Notes under the pieces: generated by a model | The model's input: the letters and a program-made list of their open reading frames with translations, nothing else | Database searches by the model: none | What the model was told of the DNA's origin: nothing | Position numbers and translations under genes: made by a program | Shown here: positions 13,801-25,594 of the stretch, piece after piece | How positions within the stretch are numbered: position 1 is the first letter of the stretch | Layout: each line of letters starts with the position of its first letter | Assembly: GCA_001179505.1 (NCBI GenBank) | Contig: CDMY01000947.1 | Span: forward strand, 173,591-237,590 | Reading direction: 5' to 3' | From: Vitrella brassicaformis CCMP3155 | Taxonomy: Eukaryota; Protista; Chromerida | DNA length: 64,000 nucleotides

Positions 13801-14572
13801 GTTGTCCTCTTCAGTGAGTGCAGTGCATACGTGTATCTCGGTGTAGTTGTCTTTGGAGTATGAGTATGTGTGCACACTCGCTGCACATGACGCGGACGCG
13901 GCACACTTGCTGCCAACCAACAGAACACCACAGAAAAGCATACATGTTAGAAAGAAACACGAGGGCTTTCTGCTGTGCTTGTGCTCACAGTTCCACGAAG
14001 AGTGCGGTGATGCTGTTGGCCTGCACATCGGCTCGGTCAACCGACAGCAGGTCCAGGCCCTCGTCATACGCCTGACTCACACACCACAAGCGAAGCGATA
14101 AGATACATACACCCAAACGACACGCGTCAGGCACGGCAATCACACTCAGCAGAGCAGGCCGCCTTACGTCTGAGAGCTCGGTGCAGTTGGCCGCCCCCTC
14201 CTTCAGATAGAATACCTGCATTGACGGATCCTGCACGAACACATACGCACACACAGACAGTGCAGAGGCGATGAGAGCCCGGGGCCATTATGTTGATCTG
14301 TTCATCCCACTGACATCGTCCGTCGAGTTGGGGATCAACGACACCACCACAGACAGATCACCACCAGCACTAGCATCACCAGCATCAGTCCCGTTGAGGT
14401 CAATCCTCAGTGTGGTTGCCGCACTGCTGTTCAGCTGCAGCACTTCACTGCTCTCGCCCAAAGCAACCACGCGCCCATCGTCCCTGCAGCCTCCTTCGCC
14501 GCCAGCTGCAACACTCAAATTGGCAGCCAGGGTCAGGGCGGCGAAAAGCACGCCCACGTAGCTTCTCGGCAT
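5359..14572 (-). CDS. Very large type I membrane/surface protein (~2,000 aa, ~29 exons, hand estimate) with tandem PPC-like beta-sandwich repeats
   Basis: Signal peptide MPRSYVGVLFAALTLAANLSVAA at 14572. Repeated modules with GDADLYV/GDPDLYV and YYIAVLGYRDTAFTI-type strands. One TM helix (AVILSTVLIVVGLLVAVAVMF) followed by QRRKR and a short acidic tail. Phase continuity was checked for the junctions at 7730-7360; the other junctions were not all verified, so a split into two genes is not fully excluded. Confidence 0.75.
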
Positions 14573-15222
14573 CAAGCTGAAGGCGATGAAGGCGTCACTT
14601 ATGCATAGGCGTCACTGCACGCCTTCTCCTCTGCGCGCTTAGCTTTGGCGAGCTTTGGAGCGATCCGTTATGGAAGATACATTGCAGGGAGCCATTAAGC
14701 CGTTGTTCCTCTCCATGATCCGCCTGGTTTGCGGCGTCTTTCTGCTTTTCGGTCTGAAAACCACGCAAAGGATTGATGAGATGCTGAGGCTCAGTTGTGT
14801 GAGTTGGATATGTGAGTGGCCACCCAGGAGGCCACCGCAGTCACTCACTATCTCTCTACAATGGGATAGCCACGCACACACCACGGACCTACGCTATCGT
14901 CCTCCCTCCCTCCCTCACGCTGGAAGTGCGGCCGGCGGCGTTGACCTGCCAGCCGTGGTGGACCCTGAAGGATTGGATGGGGGGACTGTGTGCAGAGAGA
15001 TAAAATCGATATCCATTTATGATGTGTGTGCATTCCCTCGTGTGCACAGATTGATGGCCTCTTCGGGCGATCAACTCAAGTCATTCGGGTCGTGGAGCCA
15101 TCGACGTGGACACACACGTAGATGTACAATGTCAGATGGAGCATTTGGCTGCAGTCTGTCCTTCCCCCCTCCCGCCTCCATCTATGCGTCACGCTTGCCA
15201 GCCCGCCGTCACCCTCCCTCAC

Positions 15223-17636
15223 TCATGTCAGTTTGTATGCCTCCAACTCATCAATATCAAAGTGCCACCCCTTCACTGACACAGGCAGGAACACTCCGTC
15301 ATCGTCCTCCCAGCCGTGGTCGCTGGGCCTCACACCCGGCCGCTCCCACTGTCGCCACTCGTCGCGCTGGGCTTCTTCACGCATGAAACCTTGGCGCCGT
15401 TTCATGATCTCGTCGCTGGCCGCTGCTGGGGCGCCAATCTGGATCTGCTGGGCGGCCGGACAGATACCAAAATTGAAGCATGCGATCGAGAGGACGGACG
15501 TCAGCTCGGAGTCGGGCGATGAGAAATCGATGACCTCGGCGGCTCTCTCCTGCACACATGGATAGAGAGGAGACAATTACCATGACTGCCTGGCTGATTC
15601 TAATGGACACCCACCTGTGTGCCCGCGCTGCGAATCTTGCTTCCCCAGCCGGTGTAACCCACGTACGGATGGCTGTTGGTCCCCCGCAGCTTGAAGCCGA
15701 AGCATCTCGTGTCGCGGTGGCTCTGCGCCGGTCCGGTGACCTCGATGGGCCCCTCGATGAGGTTGGCGAAGAGCTCATTGCTGTCGGCCACCTTGGAGAT
15801 GAGCAGCAGGGGGGAGTGGCCCTTGACGGCATCGAAGAAATCCAGCCACTTCCAACCATCCACAGTCGCCCTGCCACGACACACACACACACATCAGACA
15901 CAGAGGCATGATGAGAGAGTGCTGTCATCCTCACGGCTGCCTGGCTGCCCTTCTCACTTGTATATGCGAATGACCGGCTCGCCCACACACGGAGGGATAG
16001 TCGGGGCGTCCTCCCAACGCTCACACCACTGCCGCATCTTGTGCAGGTGCTCGGTGGTCAGGAGTGCGTCAGCGGGGCCCAAATAGCGATCGCTATCCAA
16101 ACCGTACCTGACACAAAGCAACACACACACACAGAGAGCAGCCGTCGGGGCACTGTGTGGTGAGCAGCTCTGTGTGTTCTCGCCGCTTTTACATGGTGAG
16201 TGCGTGTCGGTAGCCCTCTATGTCTAACTCCCCCATCGCCCCCTGAACATCATCCGCCGTGATGGCCGCCCCCTTCTTCATGTGTGCGCGGGCGACGACG
16301 TCGACAATGCGCCGGACATGCTCGATGGGCGCACGAACAGTGGGGCCATACCTGAGACAACAGGAGATACCAGACAACTCACTTGTGGACTGGGTGCACG
16401 GCACGTCATGTGTCCAGCTGTGTGAGTGCGGCTCACTTGATGAATTTGTTGGCGAAGGTGGAGTCGTCGCCCAGCGACTTCGCTACACCAGTCGTCACCG
16501 TCACCGTGGATCCCGACACACGAGTAGACACCAACTGCTCAAAGCAATCACAACCACCAGATGCACTTCACTTACTGCATCCCCTTCCCCTCTGACTGGA
16601 CTGACGGCCTTCCCTCTGCTGTTTCGTCTTCACCTCACCGTATCGTCCTCCACATTGCCCGTCTTGAGCAGCGGCTTGATGGCGTCGAGCCGCTGCTCAT
16701 GTGCGGCCTTGTCCTCCAACGCCTTCTTCAGGAGTGTGTGCAGCTCTGCCGTCAGCCTGAGCGGGGCCGGCGTAGGCTGCTCGCCGTCCTCCTGCTGGCC
16801 GCTTGCTGGGTCGGCAGCGGGGAGGACGGGGTCGCCGCCCGGCCGGCAGCGCTTGTAGGCCGGATCCCACAGCAGCAACTCAACCCAATACCTGACGACA
16901 CACAACACACAAAGACACCTCATGTGCTTTGGCCATCGTGTGTGTGTGTGTTTGCCCTTGTGCTCACGTGAATGGCGTGTCGTGTTGCTTGGACGGCGGG
17001 ATGGACATGTTGCTGATCTGCTCTCCCTCGTACATGATCAGGTGCATCACGCACCTGCTCTCTCGCACCAACAACCACACGCACATGTGAGAAGAGATGC
17101 CGCGATGAATAAGTGATCCATCTTTCTTGCCTTCCTGACCACTGAAACGCAGGCGGCCAGACTTGCAAAAAGATGCGATTGTTCTCGTCACGGATGAAGG
17201 CGCTGTCGAACTTGCCCGAGAACATAACCGCCAGCACACTGCCCTTGACCGCACACAGAGTCGACCGCTGGACCTCCACGTGCTCGCCGCTGACATTCAA
17301 CTCCAACACCTCCTTCATCACCTCATCCTGCAGCACACAGCAGACCACATCCCACACAAACACACGCGCGATGAATGCATGTCATTGACTGCCTTTCCGC
17401 TTTCTCGTCCAATCGCTCACCTTTGGTTTGTTCGGCGCTGCAGGAGCCCCGCCCATGGCCCTCTCGCGCTCCTCGAGCTCTGCCAGCATCGCCTGGAGCA
17501 CATCCACGACAGACTGCCCGTGCTCAAGGGTGGCGAGAATGCCGCTGCGACCATCGCTGTCCTCATCGGCGCCATCGGCAGGACACTTACGCTTCGCGCC
17601 AGAGGAAGCTGCTGCGGCTGCCGCTGATGCAGACAT
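15223..17636 (-). CDS. BTB/POZ (KCTD/T1-type) x2 + TLDc-like domain protein, copy 1
   Basis: Nine exons: VLELNVSGEHVEVQRSTLCAVKGSVLAVMFSGKF...RIFLQVWPPAFQW (T1-BTB), a second degenerate BTB (LVSTRVSGSTVTVTTGVAKSLGDDSTFANKF), and a TLDc-like segment (ATVDGWKWLDFFDAVKGHSPLLLISKV). Close paralog of 38708..41045. Confidence 0.85.
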
Positions 17637-17715
17637 GTTCTCTGCAGTTTCTGATGCGCACAGTCCCTTCCGTTTCTGATGCGAGCTCAAAACCTGTGAG
17701 GAAGGGCAGAAGGGA
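17637..17715. promoter_or_regulatory. 79-bp divergent intergenic spacer with 12-bp direct repeat GTTTCTGATGCG x2
   Basis: Lies between the inferred ATGs at 17636 (-) and 17716 (+). The repeat copies are at 17647-17658 and 17672-17683. Regulatory function is inferred from position only. Confidence 0.45.
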
Positions 17716-20700
17716 ATGGATGAATTGGGCGGCGAGGAAAGTGGCAAGAGATGCCAATGGTTCAGACAACACTCTGGTGAGCCAAAACCATCAGGCAGCG
17801 ACTGGCCTGATTGATATGACTGACTGACTGAAGATGACTCACTATGACTCACCGCTGTTTGCTTGTGTTGGTTTGCAGCCAAATGGGCAGCGATCGAGTG
17901 CACGAGGTGACTGGCATCAAGAGCAGACAGGCAAAGATCTCGTCATCTCTGCATTGATTGTGCACTTGCTTCTCTCGCCCTGCCCTGTGGTTCTCAGCTA
18001 CTGGAAGGCCCTTCCGCACTTTCGCATGAAATACACCAACGATGCACTTGAACAAGACTACCACGTGTTCCTCTACAAGGTGAGTCAGTGAGTGAGAGCA
18101 CGAGCGCATCTGTTGCATCGTGAGTGAATGAGAAGCTGTCCTGGTGAATCGCGTGCAGGATTCTCGCGAGGTCGTCCAAAGCTTGGCGCTGGCGGGGTCT
18201 CTGTGCATGTTTATAAGTCTGATCATCCGCACGCCCACTCGCGACGCAGCCGTCCACTCGAGCTTCGCCCGCGTGCTGATCCCGCTGCCTTTCGCGGTCG
18301 TCATCTTCATGTATGTGGCCTTCAACAGGCGGCTGATTGATGGCTATGTCTGGTGGCGGCTGCGAACGTTCAGGGACAGCAGCAGCAGCAGTGGTGGCGA
18401 CGTCGGTGCGGCGCGGCGTCGGTATGTGCTGCAGTATTTGGAGTGGGAGTGGGCTGTGTCCTTCGTTGTGTTCTTCCTGGCGGCCTGCCTGATGCCCCTC
18501 CACGGCAGATACACATACACTGCTGAGTAGGCACACACACACACAACGCGGAAGGAAGGGAGGGAGAGCGTGCACTGTGTTGTCAATGTCCCGTGTGGTT
18601 CAGTGACGGGTTCACTTGGAGCACCCCGCGGATACGGTGCTTCCGATACTATGGTCGGTGTGCCACAGTCAGATCTTCTCTTCACACGGGTGTGGTGTCT
18701 GTGGATTTGCTGATAACTTTCAATCAGGTGTGGGCATAGTGGAGGTGCTGGTGCTGTGTCTGGGGTGGCTCATCTTCAAGTGCAGCAGCTTTCCCTCGTT
18801 CTTCCTGGTCCTGGGCAATCTCATTATGCATTTTGTGCTTGAGTTCGGCTCGGGCGTGCCGAACGAGCCAAACATGGAGGGGCGCAGCTTCATATCTTAC
18901 ACCCTCCTCGCCATCCTACTCATCTGCGGATCACGGCAAATGGAACTGGTCAGTCAGTCAGTCTTGGAGGGAGTGCTCAAAGAGACGGGAGAGGGAGGGA
19001 TATTGGCTGCCGTGTGTGCAATGCGGCCTTGTTCTCGCTGCTTGTGTGTGCAGGTGTGCCGGACGATGTTGTACCAGAAACACAAGGTGGGGCCGGCGGC
19101 TGGTTGGCCACCGCTCTTCTCTTAACGCCGTAGTCCACTTGTGTTGTGGGTGTCATCAGGTGGCTTGTGAGAAAGAGGCCAAGCGACAACTGCTGGAATC
19201 CTTCGCTCAGATGGTCGGCATAGCAGCGTGGGAATGGGATACAAGGCTTCCGGTCCGCAAAGGTGAGATGAGACAGAAGCACATCACCCCGCCCAAAAAA
19301 AAGCACACACACACATCCTCACTGTTCCTGCCTGTGTTCGTTCATGTGTGTGACACATGCAGCCTGCTACCAGACAAGGGTGATCGCGGCGTTGACTGGC
19401 CGTCCCCCGACAAGTGACGATAACCCCGCCGAGTCCGTCAACCAACCGCGGTCCTCTCCCTCCGGCACACCGGAGTCTCTCCCCTCGTTCGCGTCTGCGC
19501 ACGAACGGCGCGCCGCGTGCTGGTCCCGCATCTTGTCGCTCTTCAAGTGGACGTGTTGCTGCAAGAAGAAAAGAGGGAGGGCGGTGGCAAGCCGTGATGA
19601 CGGGAGGGCAAGCAAGGGGCGAGAGGAGAGCAGCGGCGTGTGTGTGGAACAGTGCGTGCAGCCAGAGAGGAAGGGCGAGATGGTTGAGGTGGTTGCGGTG
19701 CGGGACGAGGCGTCGACTGCACCGTCGGCCAATCTCCCAAGGCCAGAGAGGGATGCTGGGGCTGGCGTGACGGCAGCCGTGGGTGAAGAGGCGCCGGCAA
19801 CGACGAGTGAGTGAAGGGTCATCACACATAATCCGGGCTGTATGTGACCGACATCCTTACCTTGCGTCAGGCTTTCCTTGTTTCGCTGGATTCTGGACAT
19901 CGCATGTGGTGCCGTCTGACCGAGACAAGATCGAGCAGGCCATCGTCAAGTGTGCCGAAGACGGACAGCCCTTCGAGATTGAGGTATGTATATGTACGGG
20001 AACGAACTGACAGACACAGAGTGGATGCAGGCATGGTTCTCTATCCTCTCTCAGATCATGTATGAGAGGGCTGATGGCCAGGTTCGGTGGTTCCGGTGCG
20101 GGGGCAGGAAGGAGCAGCCGCAAGGGGCGTTGCTGTACGGTTTCATAAAGGTGCAGTCAGTGCAAGGATGAGGCAATCAATGAAATGCAGGGGTTGCCAG
20201 GCCAACAGACTGGCCATTCCGTCTGTGTGTGTGTATATATGCCCAGGACGTGACAGAGGTGCGTCGGGCATCTAAGGCGCAGGAGAAGCAGCTGCACCTG
20301 CTGCAGAGGGTTGCAGATGCCACCCTTGATGCAACTGCCGTCGTGGACCTACAGGCAAGTAGGGGGGATGCACACAGTCAGCCAGCGAGCCAGCAATGTG
20401 GTGGTGTGTCGTGTGTGAGTGCAGGAGGAAATGATTGTCGAGAGCTCCCCGCTTTTGAACCTGTGGCAGCGGAGGCCTATGGAAGGTAGGTACCCACGCC
20501 AGTTCGATGGATGGATGGATTGAGGGTGCTTCTTTTTCTTGTGTTGTGCCTGTCAGGAGCGAGTCTCTGTGAGCTGCTGGATGCCTCGACCATCAAGAGC
20601 GTCAAGATCGACGTGTCCATCTGTGAACACCCCCCTGCACTAAGGGCCCGCATACATCGCAGATTCGACAACACACAGGCAGAGGTACACACACAACAGC

Positions 20701-21235
20701 CAGCACACATGGGGGACTAGACAGCTAGGCAGCTGCTGTGGCGTTGCAGTGTCAGCTGTTGGCTTTTGTCGACGAGAATGACCCGGCAATGGTGTTCCTG
20801 GGGTTCCAGAACCTGCGTTCTTCCTCTCCGCCGTTCCTGCCCCTCAAGCTGCTGCTGGTGCAGCCGCCGTCTCGGCGGCAGCCCCCACCATCGACGTCGA
20901 CGCAGCAGGCCTCAACACCCTCACTCAGCAGAAGTGTGGAGAGCCACAGGCTTGACGAGGCCCCCCCTCCACCCCCACCCTCCTACCCCCCACCCCGCTT
21001 ATCTCAGCCGCAGCCGACGTCGTCGTCCCATTCGCATCACTATCATTCGCGGCAGGGTAATGTGATTGTTCAGAGGGAGAGGGAAGAGCCGCCGGCGTAC
21101 ACGCCTGATGACGAGACGCATACCTATGGGACCGATGAGGGCGACCCCTTCGAGATCGAGATGCCCCCGCATCAGCACCATATGCTTTACGGGCGGGGGC
21201 ATCCCATTCCATCAAGGAAAGCCATGGGTGACTGA
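17716..21235 (+). CDS. Membrane protein with ~6 TM helices, a signalling helix and two PAS domains; no recognisable catalytic output domain
   Basis: Phase-consistent splicing from MDELGGEESG through FRMKYTNDALEQDY and six hydrophobic segments, then RQMEL|VCRTMLYQKHK|VACEKEAKRQLLESF. PAS/PAC follows: GIAAWEWD...FWTSHVVPSDRDKIEQAIVKCAEDGQPFEIE|IMYERADGQVRWFRCGGRKEQPQGALLYGFIK|DVTE. A degenerate second PAS and a P/S-rich tail end the protein (stop of ORF 20738..21235). Confidence 0.8.
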
Positions 21236-21914
21236 CACATGACATGAATGGGCCGGGCCCTTGTGTGGATGTGTGTTTTGATTGTATTGTATGTGTATTT
21301 TGGGTGTGCACATCACATTCGTTCGTATGGGTGGCGGGGATTGTGCATGCCTTTCCATGCATCATGTGTTCCACTTAGTGCGGGTGCCTGCATGCCTTCA
21401 TTCATCGGGATTGATTCATCAATCAACTGGCAGCCCTAGTCTGCCTGCCTACCGTGTGAGCCGATCGATGTAGGCAGTGAGTGCCATTGGTGCTAGCTAG
21501 GTCAGTCGGCTGTCTGTGTCGGTCGATTTGACGTGACCGACATTCATTTTTGTCGCCTTGCCGGCCGGCCATGTTGATGGGCCAGACATGTGGTGGGTGC
21601 ACTGCATGGACGGTGCACTGCCAGGGCGCTGCTCCCTCTTTCTCTTCCTCTCTCTCCCTCTCCCTCTCCCTCTCCCTCTGTGTGTGTGTGTGTGCGCGCG
21701 TACGTGTGTGTGTCAATGTGACTGAATACGTATGAGTATGGATGTGGTGATCTAGATCTATGGATTGTTTGCCGGTCTGTCTGTGTCTGTCTGAGGGGAG
21801 TAGACATTCAGACTCTCTTCTCCGTGCTCGCGGTGCTCTTCTCTGAGTTATCCTTCGTGCCCTAGAGCCTGTGATTTGTGGCGTGGGGCCCAACATTCCG
21901 ACCCCAGAAAGGCG

Positions 21915-24900
21915 ATGAAAGCAGGGGAGAAAGAGGCCTCTCAGGGGGAGGATGCAGCAGCCACCTTCGAGCCCTGCCCTCTGTCTGAAACTCCCGACAA
22001 GCCCAACTTCACGTGCTGCCTACACTCGCCGAGGCGCAAAGTGAAGCAGAGCGCTTCCCCGGTAGAGGTGGAGCTTCCTCGGAGCCCTGGGGGGGGGTTT
22101 TCCCCTTTGCCGCGTCCCGTCCCTCTTTCATCGACATTCTCTCATCCCAGACCTCGCTATGGCCTCGATTCGGCACGTGTTATGAGTCCGCGGCTGGGGC
22201 TACCGGCTGCTACGGGACATCCCCTACTATCGTGGAGTGGGGACACTGCCCTCGTGGCTTCAGCTGCTGTGCCGCCCTATCCCATCAATGAGAACAGGTC
22301 GTCCACCACACACGAACTTGCTCTACTGCTTGCTAAGGCTGAGAGCCGCTGTGAGAGGTACAGTCGGCAGCTTGACGACTTCCAGGTGAGGGGGCGGCTC
22401 AGAGATCCGTATGCATGCCTTGACAGGCCATGGTCTGTGTCTTTTTAACAGGAGCAGTACGCTCTGACGTCTGCAAGGCTGCGACAAAGCGAAGAGGACC
22501 TCGAGACTTAGCGCTCCACTGAGATCCGCGAGAGGTTCCGGTCAGCATTCTCCCTTACCTCGCCTCCGATTCGGGAAATACCGACAAGCCCGGGCTACCA
22601 ATCACTTCCGCCAGTCGCACTTCGCCCTTTCTCGGGGGGACAATTTCTTGGAGAACCTCCCATTACTCGAGGCGCTGCTGCGACACTACTCGACACTGCG
22701 AGGTCTCCTGGAGACGGCCTGTCTATCCCTTCTATGCCGCCGCCTTCTATTCCTGCAGCTGAATCCGTTCACTGTCGAGACGAGTCTCCCTTGGATGTGG
22801 ATAAGGAAAAAAAGAGAGACGCTGCTGATGCTGGGGACATGTATCCCTCGCAGGCACCGCTGGCTGATGTAAATGCGCCCTCTCCCGATTGGCGAGCGAG
22901 GACAGGGGACATTCTCCAAGCTGGCGAGACACGGCAACAGGAGAGGATAACCCCTCAAGACTACGAAGACACAAGGACGCAGAAAGCGGCGATGCAGCCC
23001 TCTCCTTCCCACCTTTTGCCATCTGGCGATCAATCGGCCGCTTCACAAGCGACAGCTTCAGCTGGTGGGCCTCTTGCGTCAGATATCGACCACACTGTCA
23101 GAGTGAGGGACGTCCCCCGTGAGCGGCTGGCAGAAGTGAGGGACGCCGAGACACAGACAATGGCGTACGAGAGGGATCGAGACGCAGAGGCCAAGGCACG
23201 TCTCCAAGCCCGGCTAGAGGAAAAGGAGCAGCAGCTGGTCGCACAGACCGCCAAGCTGGCCGGCAGCGAGACCGAAAGAGAAAGACTCCGGGCACTGGCG
23301 GAAGATCGGCAAAGGAAGCTCGATGCACTGGAGACATCCCTGCAGGAAGAAGTGAGAAAGAGGGATGACGCATACGAGAGACACATGGCTCAGCTGATGG
23401 CGGGTGAAAGGGACAGGGCGAAGCTGAATGCAACGTGTGATGAGAGGCAGCGTACGATCGAGGAGCTTGAAAGGCGACTACAGGAGGCCGATGCGAGACA
23501 CGAGTCCACCCGCGAACGGCTGGAAAAGGCGGAAAGTTCCAGAGAGAGTGTGCTTGAAGAGATGCAAAAACATCAAAAGGAGCAAGAGGTGGGCTTGGCA
23601 CTGACTGGCACCTCAGACGAGATGAATGAGGGGGCCGTTTTTCCTCTTCTTGCCCAGGGGCTGAGGAGCGACATGATCGCTTCACACGAAAGACGAGCAA
23701 AGGAGCTGGAAACAGCAAAGGAAAAGGCGAGACAAAGCACACATTCTTGTTTCCTTCACTGCAAACTTGCTGATGCATCTCGTCCTGACAGAATTGCCAG
23801 CTGATTGCTCACCTGCAGTCTCTCAGCGAGGCGGCCCGATCTTATCGCTTCGACGTCGCCTATTCCACCGTCCCCGCCTTCATGACCACTCTACAAACCA
23901 AACTCGACAACCTGCCCGCCACAACGCCGACACAGGAGCCAACTGAAGGAGAGTCCGGTGGAGGTGATGGACAGAGAATAAGGAAGCTGGCGACCTCCCT
24001 CGCTCAGTCGGGGTTCGGACAGCGGGCACCCCGGATGATTGAGGCGCTGCAGAAGTTGATGGACATACCCGCCATGACTCCGATGGACGGTGCTGCGACG
24101 CCGGCTGCGTGGCGGGGGGAGCAGGATGCCGCGGAGGGGGTCGCTGAGCTGATGAAGGACCTGCAGGTGTGTGTGGAGGGGCTGGCGGGAGAAGGCCTCA
24201 GGCTGCACACCGTCATTGAGCAGCAACAGCAACTGTTTGAGGAGTCGCAGAATGCGCTGATATCGGCTAACAGGTCAGTGTGCATCGTCAATGACATCCA
24301 GATTGGTGCATTCATGCATGCGTCGGTCTCTTGTTTGTTGCAGCAAGCTGTCAGCTGATTTGCGCAGCCTGGCCCGTCACACATTCAAGGCGACACGGAC
24401 ATTTGGGAGAGACGTATGCATACGAAATAACTCTCAGACACACGCCCCCGCTCGCCTGTCTCTTGAGAACATGTTTTCCCTTCCCGTGCGGGCCGTCCTC
24501 CCCCTCAGTGCCGACGCCTCCCCCTCCCTGCCCTCCCCAGCCATCACCGTCGACACGCCCCCGAAACGCCCATCGCAGGGCCGCTCGCGAGCGGCGGAGG
24601 GGCCTTTGTATTGCCTCCCTGCCGCGGCTAACCCCATGCCGTCAGATCGAGAGCTTCAATGGATCCCTCCACTGGAACCGCCCACACGGAGCGAGAGGTG
24701 AATAAGGGAGGGAAGAGAGCGGCGTTGACGAAATGTAATGTCTCTTTGCGTGGATGATGCCTTCAGGTTTGATGATGATTCATTATACGTGTCGCTTCCT
24801 GTCCTAGCTACCGTACCGCTGTTGCCTCCTGAAGAGCCACACCTTCACGTCCACTGGCGGAAAAGGATGCAGAGGAGACATTCAATGCGAAACGGCGGCA

Positions 24901-25303
24901 GAAGTGCCAAACACGCCGTCCCAAGGCCAACCAGGTCCGCGGGAAGGCAAACGATACGAGGGACATAGAGACAGACGACCGACACACACTGGCTCCCTGC
25001 ATTATCGTTTCTCTCAGGATGATGCTTGCTCGTCATCCGATGTTCCGCTCCCTCACTTTTCCCAATCCAGTCGGCCGTCAGCCTGAGCTTGTTAAGACGG
25101 ACCAGCAGCACCAGCCGCCGCCTCCGAAGGAATCGTCGCCTGGAGATAGGATGCGACGGGCGCTGACTGTCCCCAACAGCGAAGGTGAGTTTCTGGGTCA
25201 GCTCCAGGAGAACTTGCAGGGCCTCAACGCATCGATTGAGATGGCTGAGGCCTCGAGAGACATGGCCAGGGCTATTTTGGAGCAGCTCAAGGCCATAAAC
25301 TGA
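21915..25303 (+). CDS. Long coiled-coil protein of unknown function; contains an in-frame TAG at 22509-22511 (possible pseudogene or alternative acceptor)
   Basis: Exons match ORFs 21876.., 22734..23804, 23882..24358, 24291..24701, 24738..24968 and 25019..25303, with E/R/K/L heptad composition. The exon starting at 22452 is in frame with ORF 22734 except for one TAG. The start codon is uncertain. Confidence 0.65.
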
Positions 25304-25594
25304 CGACACGATACCACTGGCACGCATTCGTGAAGTGTGTACGACAGAGGCCGATGTGATGCACAGATAGGTCGTCGGATTTGTCAGCGAGTGAGGAGGG
25401 TGATAGATCTGTGCATGTTGCACGCAAGTTGTAATTCAAATGTTTCGACCATACACCGGGAAATGGGCAGTGCGATCTGGGTTGAATGCTGAGACGCCTT
25501 ATTCTGAGACGCCCCCAGCACTGAGACGCCCCCACTCCCGCTATAGCTCGCAAGATCCGCCCCTTCCTCTCCGGCTCCCTCATTGAGATCCCCC

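Noticed and set aside
14655-15200. Exon-like plus-strand stretch (YAIVLPPSLTLEVRPAALTCQPWW), faintly like the 35880-36100 protein region
   Set aside because: Similarity is only a few residues; no consistent start, splice chain or stop could be built.
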